Translations under genes and position numbers: made by a program | In this document: positions 11,880 through 23,812 of the stretch, piece by piece | How the letters are laid out: each line of letters begins with the position of its first letter | Position numbering within the stretch: the stretch's first letter is position 1 | The notes under the pieces: model-generated | Databases searched by the model: none | The model's input: the letters and a program-made list of their open reading frames with translations, nothing else | Told to the model about the DNA's origin: nothing | NCBI RefSeq assembly: GCF_052425735.1 | Contig: NC_135763.1 | Coordinates: 16,740,001 to 16,804,000, forward strand | DNA from: Oculina patagonica | Lineage: Eukaryota | DNA length: 64,000 bases | Direction of reading: 5' to 3'

Positions 11880-14210
11880 ACAAAACTTCGTGAAAATGGG
11901 TTAAAAGTCTTAAAAGACTGCAACTACAACTGCTTATATATATATTTTATTTGACACTCCCCTTACGGGGCTTTTCAGTGACAATAAATTACAATAAAAA
12001 TAACAATTTTAAAACTAGAAATAGCTGACACTAGGTTGCCCCCGAAGTTTCGACGATGTTTATTGGTTTTTCTTTGCTCTTCATCATTTTCTACAATTCA
12101 GACATTTGATTGGAAATTAATTTTCTATTTTGGATGATTATTAATTATGATACGGTAAATCATTTAATTACAAGAACGCAACAGCATCTTGACATCATTT
12201 TGTCATGTTTTGCTGTGGTGCGGGATCTCAGCTAGACTCAAGCTAGACTTTAGAAAAAGTCAGTCGTCTTTATTAATTTAACACGCCGGGACGGTCGACC
12301 TATCGTGACTTGCGTGGCTCGTTTTCGCGACTTCGTCGCTTTGAATGGGCCGCTTTGCGGGCTCGAATCGAACTCACTTCACTGTGGTAAAGTCTTGATC
12401 TCAGCGAGGATAAACTTCAGAAACAGCAAAACGTTTTAAAATTACCATTTGAGCCGGCCCAATTGTTTTATAAATATATGGGCTGAGAGCCCGAGCATGA
12501 AGAATGACATGAGAATAATCAATCTTAAGAAAGAAAAGGATGTCGAAAGAATTTCTTACCTCTGTCAAAGCAAACGCTTGCCGCGAGTTTTAAATAATCA
12601 CAATGCATCTCGAGATCTCTTTTGAAATTCTTTTCTTGATGCCGCATATCATCTTGTAAAGTTAAAATTTCGTCCGGAAGTGGACCGATCAAGCGATCGG
12701 CGAATAAAATCGCCAAGTGTGTCGCCGGCTTTACTTCTCTGCGAGTTACTTAGTTAATTATCGCGAAGTCTTTTCAACAATTGCATTGCGTACGGCTTTT
12801 AGACATTGTGAAATGAATAGGCCTCGAATAAAACCTCAAATTATCTTTTTCAAAATTCTGCCCAACTGCAATCAACCTTTACAAGCTTCGTTTGTTTACT
12901 TGTTGTCATCTGTGCACGTGCTTATGCTTTGGGCTGTCATCATCACCCAATCATCGTTTACTTGCGTCATCATTGACCAATCACCGTATGTCGGCATTTT
13001 ACAACTCCCGATACCTACTTGCGGGCTTTCAGCTTGTCGGCATTTTACAACTCCCGAGACTATTTGCGGGCAAAAATTGATCAAATCGAGATTTTTCCCA
13101 GTGTATACTATATATTCGCGCGGATTACAATGATGCCTCCTCGGGTTTTGGCCTCTGGGCCAAAACCCTGCGGGGGCAATTATAAAAATTAAAATGGTAA
13201 ACATTACTATGATAAAAAACTACAATGATAAAAATTTGGATAAAATGAATTACTCGTAATTAATCTATGTTAAAAACTCCTCCATTAATTTTGATTTTAA
13301 ATGAAATTTAAAAGATGAAATAGTTCAAGAGTTTTTAAAACGGTCACTGCATTCAAAATTGTATGTAGTTTGTAACTTATCTCGCAAAACAATCTGGATG
13401 GGTCAACACCAAATTCAATTTACACTGCCGATTGTTCACATTTTTCCAAATTAACATAAAAATTTCACACGATAAACAAATACCACTCGGGTTTATACAG
13501 AGCGTATAAAAATGCCGCGGTTACGAATCGAGTCCTCGGGGTTCGCAAATGATAAACCACACTCTCCAACGTTGTAACTTAAGATTTATTACACGATTAC
13601 AATCATCAAAGCATGCGGTGATAAGTTGAAATTATAGAAATGTGCGTTACACGAAGAAACAGCAAAAACTCGAAGGAAAAGGGACACCAAACAAAATGAA
13701 TAGTACAAAGAAAGTAAGACGAAACTTACGTTGTAATTCCTGACTCCTTTGTGTGAAACGAAAAACAGATATCTCCACCGAATAACAAATATCTTCGAAA
13801 CAACAAAATGTGTCTTCGGCCGTACTATCTCCTAGCTATCTCCGTTGTGACTTCGTGCGATCAAGTTACGTTAACAAAATAATGAAAGGCTAGTGAAAAA
13901 TCAACTGGAAGAGAAACAAATGCAACGCAATATCAATGTTTGCGACAACAAACGTTTGGATGTATGCAGTTTCTCACTAAGTACAAAATTCTTTGCCATA
14001 AATATAAATCGAATCACTCAATGAAGGTTATATTTATGTCGGATTTTATCGTTTCACGAATTTTTTTGCAACTTTAGAAGTAAAGAAGGAATTTGAGGTG
14101 TGGCAAATTCAAATTCACGAGTCAGTTATATTACAGTCGTTAGCTATATTAAATACTAAAGAAATACATATATTTTTACATATTTTCTCGTTTCTCATCA
14201 GCGATTCATG

Positions 14211-14280
14211 TATATATCTGAGATTTTTAAGCATTGCGCTCAAAATTTGAGCGCAATGCTAAAAATTCTCAGATATATAT
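14211..14280. repeat. Near-perfect 70-bp inverted repeat
   Basis: tatatatctgagatttttaagcattgcgctcaaa / tttgagcgcaatgctaaaaattctcagatatata. Confidence 0.7.
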
Positions 14281-14419
14281 TCACTTCCGGCTTGCGATGT
14301 TGCATCGAGTCAATGAGAATAAATTTGTAAAGAAAAGAGCCAAGACTGTCGCATACAAACCTTTAAATAGCAGAAACTTTTGTTATCCTAGCAGAATTCT
14401 TTTCAGATGTCGCAAGGTA

Positions 14420-14832
14420 ATACTGTCGATTGCATCTACCTGTGAACGCACGCGCTGAAAACATGTTTTCAAATGATGTCAAACGTCAGCGTTTCAGGTG
14501 TCAAACTTTGAAGTTTAGCAGTTCGTAACGGCAACTTTCGCGCCGAAAATTCAACACATTCCGGTTTCGAAATGGCGGAAAGATTAGATATAGAAACTTC
14601 TTCTGAGAAACTGATGCTGATCTGTGTCGATATGCATACACAGGTTCACTTGAATCATTTCTAGTGTAAAGTTTCGCCCGTACTCAGTGTTTATGGTGAG
14701 TATTTTGAGTGCAAAAGTTCGCGTTTCGGTCGGCTAAACTTCACAGTTTGACACCTGAAACGCTGACGTTTGACGTCATTTGAAAACATGTTTTCAGCGC
14801 GTGCGTTCACAGGTAGATGCAATCGACAGTAT
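14420..14832. mobile_element. MITE with ~87-bp terminal inverted repeats
   Basis: atactgtcgattgcatctacctgtgaacgcacgcgctgaaaacatg... is repeated inverted at ~14746-14832; explains why two spurious ORFs both end ILSIASTCERTR. Confidence 0.8.
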
Positions 14833-16183
14833 GTGAAAATCGTTGAAAAGCTTGAGTTTTTCAATGGCTCTCGACCCTTTCGATTTCGACTGGTTTTCCT
14901 CGATTAGTCCGCTGACCGCTAAGCAATGTTGTGCAGACCAAACATTCTCGTCCCCAGAGCCGCTTGTCCCACTGAAGAATAAAAGCGCAAGCACAAGGAT
15001 TTTGCTCAAATGCTTGCCATGTTCACATTACTCCAGGAACAGCGCAACAGCTTATGCAGTATAATGTGAACACACTGCTATTCCAGTCGCAGAAGAAGAA
15101 ATATATTAAATAACAAACAAATCACTAAATAAATGCAAAAAAGCACAACCAGTATTTCTTTTTTGATGTAAAAATCTGCACTATTTTATTCAACACTTCT
15201 AAAGAACCCTGCTGTAATTAAAAATGGCTTAGTTACATTTTTTTGCATGCCTAACCCCTTGGATGCATTTTTCTTCGGCGAACTGACCTCACTACATTCA
15301 AACTCTACCTTTACAATTACAACAACAGTGTTTAATTCTCTGCATCTGAAACAATTTAACTTTTACTACCTCTCGTTCAAAAATAATTTGGTTAAAACTA
15401 CTGCCACGTATACACTTATAGTCCTATAATCCTATAACGTTTCTTTATTGTTACAATTGCGGTAACATTTATTAGATAAATTACTCCAGACCCAAAATGT
15501 ACTTTATCCATACCAAAAATAGAGTAAATTAAGTATTCTACAATCTGATAAGAGAATTTTGCCAATAAAGTTTCTCCTAAAAATAGACGATTGTATTTAC
15601 TGCAATATTCTTAATCTTTTTAAACCGTTTATTGAAACACTAAATATCGTATCAACAACAAAATTCTCAGTTTCTGATTGGCTTTCCACACGACTATCAC
15701 GTGACTGAAGTGGATCACGTGAGTGTGACAACCATTTGTAATAGAGTCCTTGTTAATTTCAATTCTTACAAATCATTTCGTTGATATATAAATATAAAGC
15801 CTAGAAGTTCCCGAAGGAGAGAATGAAGGTTGCAGGTATCGTAGATATGCCAGTTGACGATACTAAAAAGGAAAAAGAAAACAACATCTCAAAAGATTAT
15901 CAAGTTTGCGAAGTTTACACATTGCTTGGCATGTAAAACTTTATACTTTTTCCAAGGTAATTATTTCACGACACAAAACTACTCAGTAAATTGTGTAAGA
16001 TATATTTAAAACAAACGAAATCAACAAGCAGAAGAATCATTATCGGCCGACTGGGAATGTCTAAAAATATTGCCAAAAAAACATAGATGATTTAAAACTA
16101 AATTCCCCCCAAAATAATCATAGCAAATGTATTACGCATGTTAAGAGAATTTTGATCCAGACCTTGAAGCGTTAAACGTCACT

Positions 16184-19100
16184 CTATTGATCCTTCTGTT
16201 GCTTTTTGTGCTGAGCCAGGGCTGCTAGTCGCTTGTCTCTCAAATTCCTTCGTTCATTCAGTTGATCCAAAGGCATGCTTTGATTCAACGCCTTTTCAAG
16301 CTCGTCCAGTGTTTCACCAGCGAGGGCCCGAGGTCCCCCCTGCTCCTTGCACACATCTACAATGTTTGCTCCGTATCGCTCACAATAGTCTCTGATTCCT
16401 AAAAGGTGAACACTGCACTTCAGTCACACTCAAATCTGTCATTGCTTCTGCTAATAAATCAATGCATTTCTACGGAGGTTCCACCACAGAAATACTAATA
16501 ATGTTTTCTGGAACAATTTGTACTTCGGTAGCATTTAATTTTTTACAAAACCAGCGAAAATCATTCACCTTATATCTCGTTTACACCACCAATTAAGTAA
16601 ACATTTCACTTAGTTAAATGACGTTTCTCAATCTGAACTTGAGATATGAGAAATACTCTTGTTCCTTGGCCATTCAATATGAGAAGAAATAATTTTTTTT
16701 CGCATTTTATAACCGTCACTTCTGAAGATGTATGCTGTAGCATACAAAACGTCAAGTAAATTCTAGTTTTTTTTTTCAAACCATGCGTAGTCTATGTGTT
16801 ACAAGATTGTGCGCGATACATACCATTTGCATTCAGCTGCATGGTTTCAAATGGTCCTATCAGCGCGTAACGTAATCCCAGACCTTCTGTCATAGCGGTT
16901 TCTACATCTTCAGGAGAGCACACACCATCCTACAGAAAATACATGTAAGTTTATACATTTGCAGAGGGTCCTGAAAGGGGGGGGGGGGAATCCCATTTCC
17001 CAGCCTATCGTTTTCCCAAATCCCAGTCCCAGTTCCATAGTTTTTTGTTTGTGATTCCCAGTCCCAGTGACCTTAATCCTATTTTCCCAGTGAAAATTTG
17101 CCCAAATCCTAATTCCCATCTTACCCCTTCAAGCCCCTTTTTTGCACTAAAGTGTTGCCAGACTTAGCTTTTTGTTAGACAATTCCACACCGTCTTTTGC
17201 CTCCCGCTAAGTGATTTATAAGAGCACAATGTACAATAGATTAAGCCTCTATCGTGACAGACACTTCTTTGCCCCAGAAGCCTGCATGCCTCTTCATTTT
17301 TACATACCTTTTAACTAGCCATTAGCTACAGGGCCAGTGAATTTTTATTGAATCACGTGAAGTTAATTCAATTGTCTGGTACACTCCCCGTAAATGAAAA
17401 GAACTACCGAGCATACAGCTCTATAGAACCCCTTTTCCTTCCATACTTAATTTAACATTGCTAAAAAATTTTTTAAATACCCACTGAAGGAACACAGTCA
17501 TGTACACCATGCTGCAGTCGTTATAAAATATACCGCTAATCTAATTCCTTTTGTATTTTCAGTTGTTCAATTTTAACTATTACATGAACTGAAAGTGTTG
17601 GTGGAGGGATAATGTTATTTATACAATGATCTATACAGTAACTATGGTTGGCAACACGTTTTAGTGCAGAACAAAGGATGTCTATTCCTTATGAGGAACC
17701 ACAAAAGTGGTTTTAGTTAGAAGACTCGAGAAAACGTTTTACACATTATTGATTAAGACGTGGTATGCACAAGCATGGGCTACTGTGAAAATAAACTAGG
17801 TTTCCGTTAGTGCACCGTGCTTGCTTTGCTTTTCGTTGCTTTGTAATGCGTTTCAGGCTTTCCATTGCATTTTGCTTTGCATTGCATTGTATAACACCGC
17901 ATTTTGCTTTGATTTCTCTTTCCTTTGCCCTGCCTTGCCTTCCTTTGCCTTTTCTTGCGTTGTCTTCTCTTGCCTTGTGTTGCATTTCAGGCTTTCCTTT
18001 GCTTTGTTTTTTGCTTTGCTTTGCTTGTGTTGCATTGCTTTGCACTGTACTGCAATGCTTTGCTTTGTCTTTTGTTGCTTCGCCTTGCTTTCCTTCTCTT
18101 TGCTTTGTATCGCCTGCTTTGCTTCGCTTTGTTTTGCTTTGCTCTGCTTGGCTTTGCTTTCCTTCTATGCTTCGCTTTGTATCAGGGGCCCACCCTAAAA
18201 ATGAACCCCCTCCCCCCAATCTCTTTATACATACCTCAACAAGTCTCCAGGCCTCCATAATCACAGCATACTGCAAACGGTTTAAAATGAATCCATTCAC
18301 TTCCTTTTTGGTGACAACAGGTGACTGTCCAATTTCCTTCATTAAAGTTACTGTCTGTTCTAGAACTTTACTGTCTGTCCAGGGTGCAGGAACAACCTCT
18401 ACTAGAGGTACATAGTATGGAGGATTTATCTGAGAAAAGAGACATATTTATCCATCAGTTAAAGCCATCCTTACAATAAAAAAACCTTAATAATGAGACA
18501 GATGACCCTTTTTTCAAAAGGACTCATCGACCTTTCAAGAAAAAATATCTATTTGCAGCCTTGCTTTATGCCTATGATACTAGAAAATGTTGTCTGACAT
18601 TATAGGCACGCAATGTGTGCAGAGGGCAAAGTGCATGCAGAAGGCATGGAATTGTATGTATTTGCACGAATTGCAGGCCTATGTTACTGGATCATTTACT
18701 ACATCTTTGCACCAGTTTTATTTGTGGAATGTGGCAAAGAAATGGTTTAAAAAGTTGATACTCACTGGATGGGCCACAATACACTGACTGCGATGCTTTA
18801 AAGTTGAAGTAAACTTTGACGGCACAATGCAAGATGTTGAACTAGCTAGTATAGTCTCGTTGGAAGTGACAACCTTGTCCAGATTTTCAAACACTTTTTT
18901 CTTTAATTCAAGGTTTTCTGGAGTGCATTCCTGATATACAAAAACAATATAATGACATGAATAAAGCAAATTATTCACAAAAACAACATTAGCACAATCC
19001 TTGCCTAGCTTATCCATGTTAGTTACATACAAACGTATTTTATGTACTTTCTACATTTTAAATATTAGCTTTTTTTAAACATTATAATGAGCAATTGAAA

Positions 19101-21900
19101 AATTTATATTATTATTATTAAAATTATTATAATTATTATTATTATAAATTATTTTTTATTTATTTATTACTACTACTATTGTGGTTATTAATTTTTAGAA
19201 CTGGTTGAAATCAATAATCATTTCAGTAAATGACTCAGGCATTGAAGTAAAGAAAAAGAGTATGAACTTTCACAAACTCAATGATTAAATATATGAAGTT
19301 TTAGAAAATTATCACATTTTTATTTGTGGCACATCAAATCAACAGATTGAACGAGTTTGATGATTTAATTCTATATTCTTGCCACCAGTCCACTCAATAA
19401 TGCACCTATATTGAATGGAGAAATTAGCTGCTGATGATAATCTTCAAGTCTATCCTACCTGGACATACATAGCACCATCTACTGCCTTCTCCAGATCATC
19501 ATAGCTTGCAACCAACTTAAAAGCTGCTTGAGCTGTCATGCCCGGACTGCGCATCAACCCTTTAGACTCCATGTCACGCAACTGAGTCTCAATGCTTGTC
19601 AATGCATTAGTTAACTGACTAGCAACCGTGTCATACAATGCCACATTGAAACCAGCACTGGAGAATATCTAGAAAGTTAAATAGAGAAATTTACCAATAG
19701 TCAAATAGCTATGATGGTTAAAGGGAAGCCTCAAGCCATGTGGCCCATAGTGCAGGAGCTTATCCCGGTTTCTATAGCAATAAGTGGCTAGGGATATTTC
19801 TACCCCTGAATGGGATGTTAGTCCATGACAGGGTACCCCCTGGAAGCATTATGTCGCTGGTAACCATTTAATATACACCAGCTGGGTGGAGAGAGGCACT
19901 GTGTAAGAAACGTGTCTTGCCCTAGCCTGTGAGCAGGCTTCCGATCTTCTTAGCTTCCAAGCGGGCCTTCTCCCTTTCTCCCTTCCCCCTCCTTCTCTTC
20001 GTGCTTTCTTTATTTTTTTTTGCCCCATCCTTGACTAGAGAGCCTGTTCACAGACTAGTCTTGCCCAAGAACACAACACTGTGACCCCGGCCAGGGCTTG
20101 ACCTGGACTGCTTGATCTTGAGTCTGGCGCACTACGTTATTAAATGCAACCGAAATTATGATGGTTGATATCCTTAAAAACAAACTTTTCAGTGATCTTA
20201 CTGAATTAAAGTCCTTCTGTGTTTTTGGTTATGATTTAACTAAAATGTTTGTTCAGAAGTTCAAATGTTTCCTTTCAGTACAACCTGTGATATTCAGGTG
20301 CAAACTATCACTCACTGATTGGCAATTTACTTGAGCAAATCTCAAATAAGCAAGTAAAAGTTCCACTTGAGTTTTGTCAAGTTCCGGTTTTTAATTTATT
20401 GAGGTGTAAACTGAATAATAAGTGCCACACTTGTCACAGAGACAAAAGAAATAATTGTCCTATGGTAGACTTAAGTACTCCTTGTAAACAGATTGCAAGA
20501 AATATTAGTGACAATTTGAGTTTGCATTATTAGAAAAGAGACTGATTGATATACTTACAACTGACCAACATCTTCCTATTAACCCACTGGTGGAAAAATT
20601 AAAAAAAAAATACGAGAAATTTAGGTGTATAAACCCTTTTTTTTAAGGATATATTACTGTTCTAAGTAGTTATTCTTTTGAAAGAGGAATAAACAGTATA
20701 ATGTGATGTGCATTTTATTAAAATTCACGGCACTCTGCATGTCATGGTTCTGCGTTTTTCATGATTTTCAAAAAATCACAAAATTAAAGACCCCTGAAAA
20801 CACATTTTGTAACATTTTGTTTGTCTTTTTAACGTTTATAATGTAGTTTTTGGCCAAATTGCAAAAATTAAGTCTCATGAAATATGCCCGTTCCATTTTC
20901 GCGTAAATAAGTAACAATAAGGTAGTAGTACAATATGGTTGCTTTAAAGGAAAAAATAGTTAGGTTAATTTATATTGTCAATTTTGAGACTGCTGATGCT
21001 TATAGTGGTTTATCATTTCACCTTTCTCTATTCGTTTCTAAGCAACTTTTAGTTAAATGTGCTACTTAACCTTTTTTTATGATTGACAAGGTCACATGAC
21101 CACATGGCATGCAAAGAACCTATTAGGTGTGTTTTCACTGTTGGGATACTGACAAACAGGTACAAGTATAGAGGGGCCTGAAAGGGGTAAAATGGGAACT
21201 TGGATTTGGGCAAATTTTTACTCAGGGAGAATGGATTTGGGTAGCTGGGACAGGGAATTGCAAACAAATAAACAATAAATTAATTGGGACTGGGATTTGG
21301 AAAATTGGGAAAACAATAGGCTGGGAAATGGGATTTGGGCAAAATTTGCACCAGGAAATTAAATGAGATTCTATGTTCCCCCTCCCCCTTCTGAGGACCC
21401 TCTATCTGTAAAGTGGGGCTAGTGTACACATATCTTGAGTCAGCACCAAGAAAGTTGAAAGCTTGTATACAATGAACTGATGTCAAGGGTGGTTTCAAAC
21501 TTAGGTTGACACAAAATTGGTAGACTAAAAGCAACCAGAGACCTATGAAGTATTAAGTTTGCAAGGCTTGCTTCCCTGACACAAGTAAACATCATAAAAT
21601 ATCTTGGGGCAAGTCAACCAGTTTTGCTTTTTATTGCAGGGCTGAAAGTTCTTATCATTTGTTTAAAATCTACATGTACACAGTTAAAGTCAAAATGTAC
21701 CTAAACTCTGAGGGTTCCATTTTGACTGATAAAAGGTGATTTGTTTTGTAGTGCTGCAGTGGTTGTGCCTCAGTTGATGTAGCCTTGTCTGAATCCTCCT
21801 TGTTTGGACCAAGAAGTGATATATACTTTTTTCTTTTTTAAAAAAACACCTACCTGCCAATTATTGTGATTTTTCCTTTACTGCTTGGTGAAGATGCCAT
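16184..21900 (-). CDS. CRYL1: Lambda-crystallin homolog / L-gulonate 3-dehydrogenase (~321 aa)
   Basis: Seven GT-AG exons with consistent phases: 21900-21854, 20586-20559, 19668-19459, 18930-18766, 18429-18235, 16929-16824, 16398-16184. Protein [38 protein letters not shown]...[13 protein letters not shown]...ILASSTSC...[16 protein letters not shown]...[10 protein letters not shown]...[20 protein letters not shown]...[18 protein letters not shown]. Confidence 0.95.
17817..18180. repeat. Degenerate (CTTTG)n pentanucleotide microsatellite in a CRYL1 intron
   Basis: Runs of ctttg/ccttg/cattg; source of several low-complexity ORFs. Confidence 0.85.
19715..20135 (-). mobile_element. SINE-like repeat interrupted by a 135-bp TAG..CTA element (19923-20057, 9-bp TSD gtcttgccc)
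   Basis: gtcttgccc at 19914-19922 and 20058-20066 flanks tagcctgtgagcagg...cctgttcacagacta; the host reads as a tRNA-type head on the minus strand; related fragments near 32500, 45290 and 52610. Confidence 0.65.
21169..21404. mobile_element. MITE; a related copy in opposite orientation at ~16963-17140
   Basis: tagaggggcctgaaagggg ... ccccttctgaggaccctcta; shared internal ctgggaaatgggatt motifs. Confidence 0.65.
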
Positions 21901-23359
21901 TGCTGTTAAAAGAGTATTAGGCTTTTTTTCATGCAGTAAATGAATAAAATTAACATAACTAAAGTATAGTCAGAGTGCCAATAACTAAAATCTACCAATC
22001 ATATTGCTCCATTGCCAGTCCAATATTTTCTTTAGAGTATTTGACCGGGTATTGTCCCAAATGATTCCATACATGAAAATTCATACATATCAAGTAACTT
22101 GGCCGTTGAATGTAATAAGTTTTAAACCCTCTGATACTTTTTTGTAGGTTTGTAGATCAACACATGTTAGGGAATTCAATTCTACCCATTAGTCCAGCCA
22201 GACACTCCTTAACGGTATTTTCTTGGTCAGAATCCTGTTTGGGATAATATCGTCTTTTATCCTTCCAACTTTTTGCTAATATCTATGAAAATCTTTTTCA
22301 GTTGCGTAATAAATCTCTCATTAACGGACAAGCTTGCTTGTACTGGGAGAGTATAAGCCTTCGACTCGATTTTCTGAATAGACTTCTGGGGGTTGATATT
22401 AGCCCCAGTACAGCCCTCACACTAATGGTATTGGTTAAAATCATATTTATGTAAGAACATAAAATAATGTTATGTGGCGTAAAAGTGATCAAAATTGAAA
22501 AATTTGCTCTCGCCTCTAGCAAAACTTTATAAGCCTCCTCTGGAAAATTTACCTATGCATATTACCAGAAGCATATCACCTAGGTGATATGCTTCTGATA
22601 TTACACGTACATTTATCACACATATATACTGCACGACTTCTACAATGTAAATTAAGTCATGTGATTACAGGCTCTCGTGACATGTACTCCGACTGTGCTT
22701 TAATTAATTGTGCCATCTTCAAATAATAGCGACAGGATCTTCTTTTGGATCTGTTAGATAAATGATGGGTTTAAAGCTATCATACAGGATATTTATTTTC
22801 CTTCTATGGATCATAAAAAATTTAAGCTCCAATAACTTAATTTAAGCAAAAACGGCTAGGCGGGAACAAAGTTATTTGCTACATTTAGTATAGTTTTGGA
22901 GACAGGTAGCTGGTTTCACCGAGGCTCAAAAAATATTATCTTCGCTTGCAAAAGATTATATTCCATTTTGTTTTCCAAAATAAAAAATCCCCTTGATATA
23001 AAGCGAATTAGTATGCACAAACCTGGACTTGTTTACGACCTTGGGACGCGCAAAAACTTCCCGAGATGTTCTAAGAAAAGAAAGTGACAACAAATTACAG
23101 CATCGCTTTTTCTGTGCTGAGCCCGCGTGACTTGCTGGGCAGAAGCGTTTATTCTTCTAGGGTAGGGTGCGTGATATAAACGTTCAAGAACACTAAATCA
23201 AAGCTTTGATTAAGAATTAAACCTAAACTATCGACAAAAATACAGATCGAATATTTTTAGACACTTATGTAATATTTTAGACTAATTAAATTCTAGAAAC
23301 AATAGAAGATGTTTCAAACGCACTAGTAGGACTGTGTCCACCCCAGAGAAGTTTGATGT

Positions 23360-23512
23360 GCTCTGATTGGCCAACAGTGAAAATAACCAAGCAGGGTGGG
23401 TCGGGGATTCCCCGCGGGAAAAGTCCCGGGAACGAACGTTGATAAGAGAATATTCGTTGTTCGCGGTTTCGTTTCATCAAGAAGATTTGGGAGAGTATTT
23501 CCTGCGTAAAAG
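23360..23512 (+). promoter_or_regulatory. Promoter and non-coding first exon of the A20-like gene: inverted CCAAT box and two NF-kB sites
   Basis: ATTGG 23366-23370; GGGGATTCCCC 23403-23413; GGGAAAAGTCCCC 23416-23428; donor AG|gtgagc at 23513; acceptor tttcag ending 23641. Confidence 0.7.
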
Positions 23513-23812
23513 GTGAGCCTGTTTACAAGCTAATTAGCATGAGTTTTGAAAAGGGTACGGAGTTCATCATAAGGGTTCTTTTGGTTGATTATGTCAGCTA
23601 TAATTTCCCTAACTTTAACACAAGTTCACTTCCTGTTTCAGACGCATTTTAATACGTGATCGGTTTCTCTTTTTCAAAAGTTAACTCTGTTGAAGTCGGA
23701 GGAATGTTGGTTAAAGTTGGAATCGTCTCGATCCATTAAAAGAGCGAGCATTCTTAACAGAAACTCTGGTTGTTAGCAACGGATTCAATCGTTGTTCGAT
23801 CTACATTCAACA

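Noticed and set aside
17746-18415. Overlapping ORFs of up to 201 aa rich in Cys/Phe/Leu or Lys/Gln
   Set aside because: Translations of a (CTTTG)n microsatellite in a CRYL1 intron; only 18235-18429 is a real exon.
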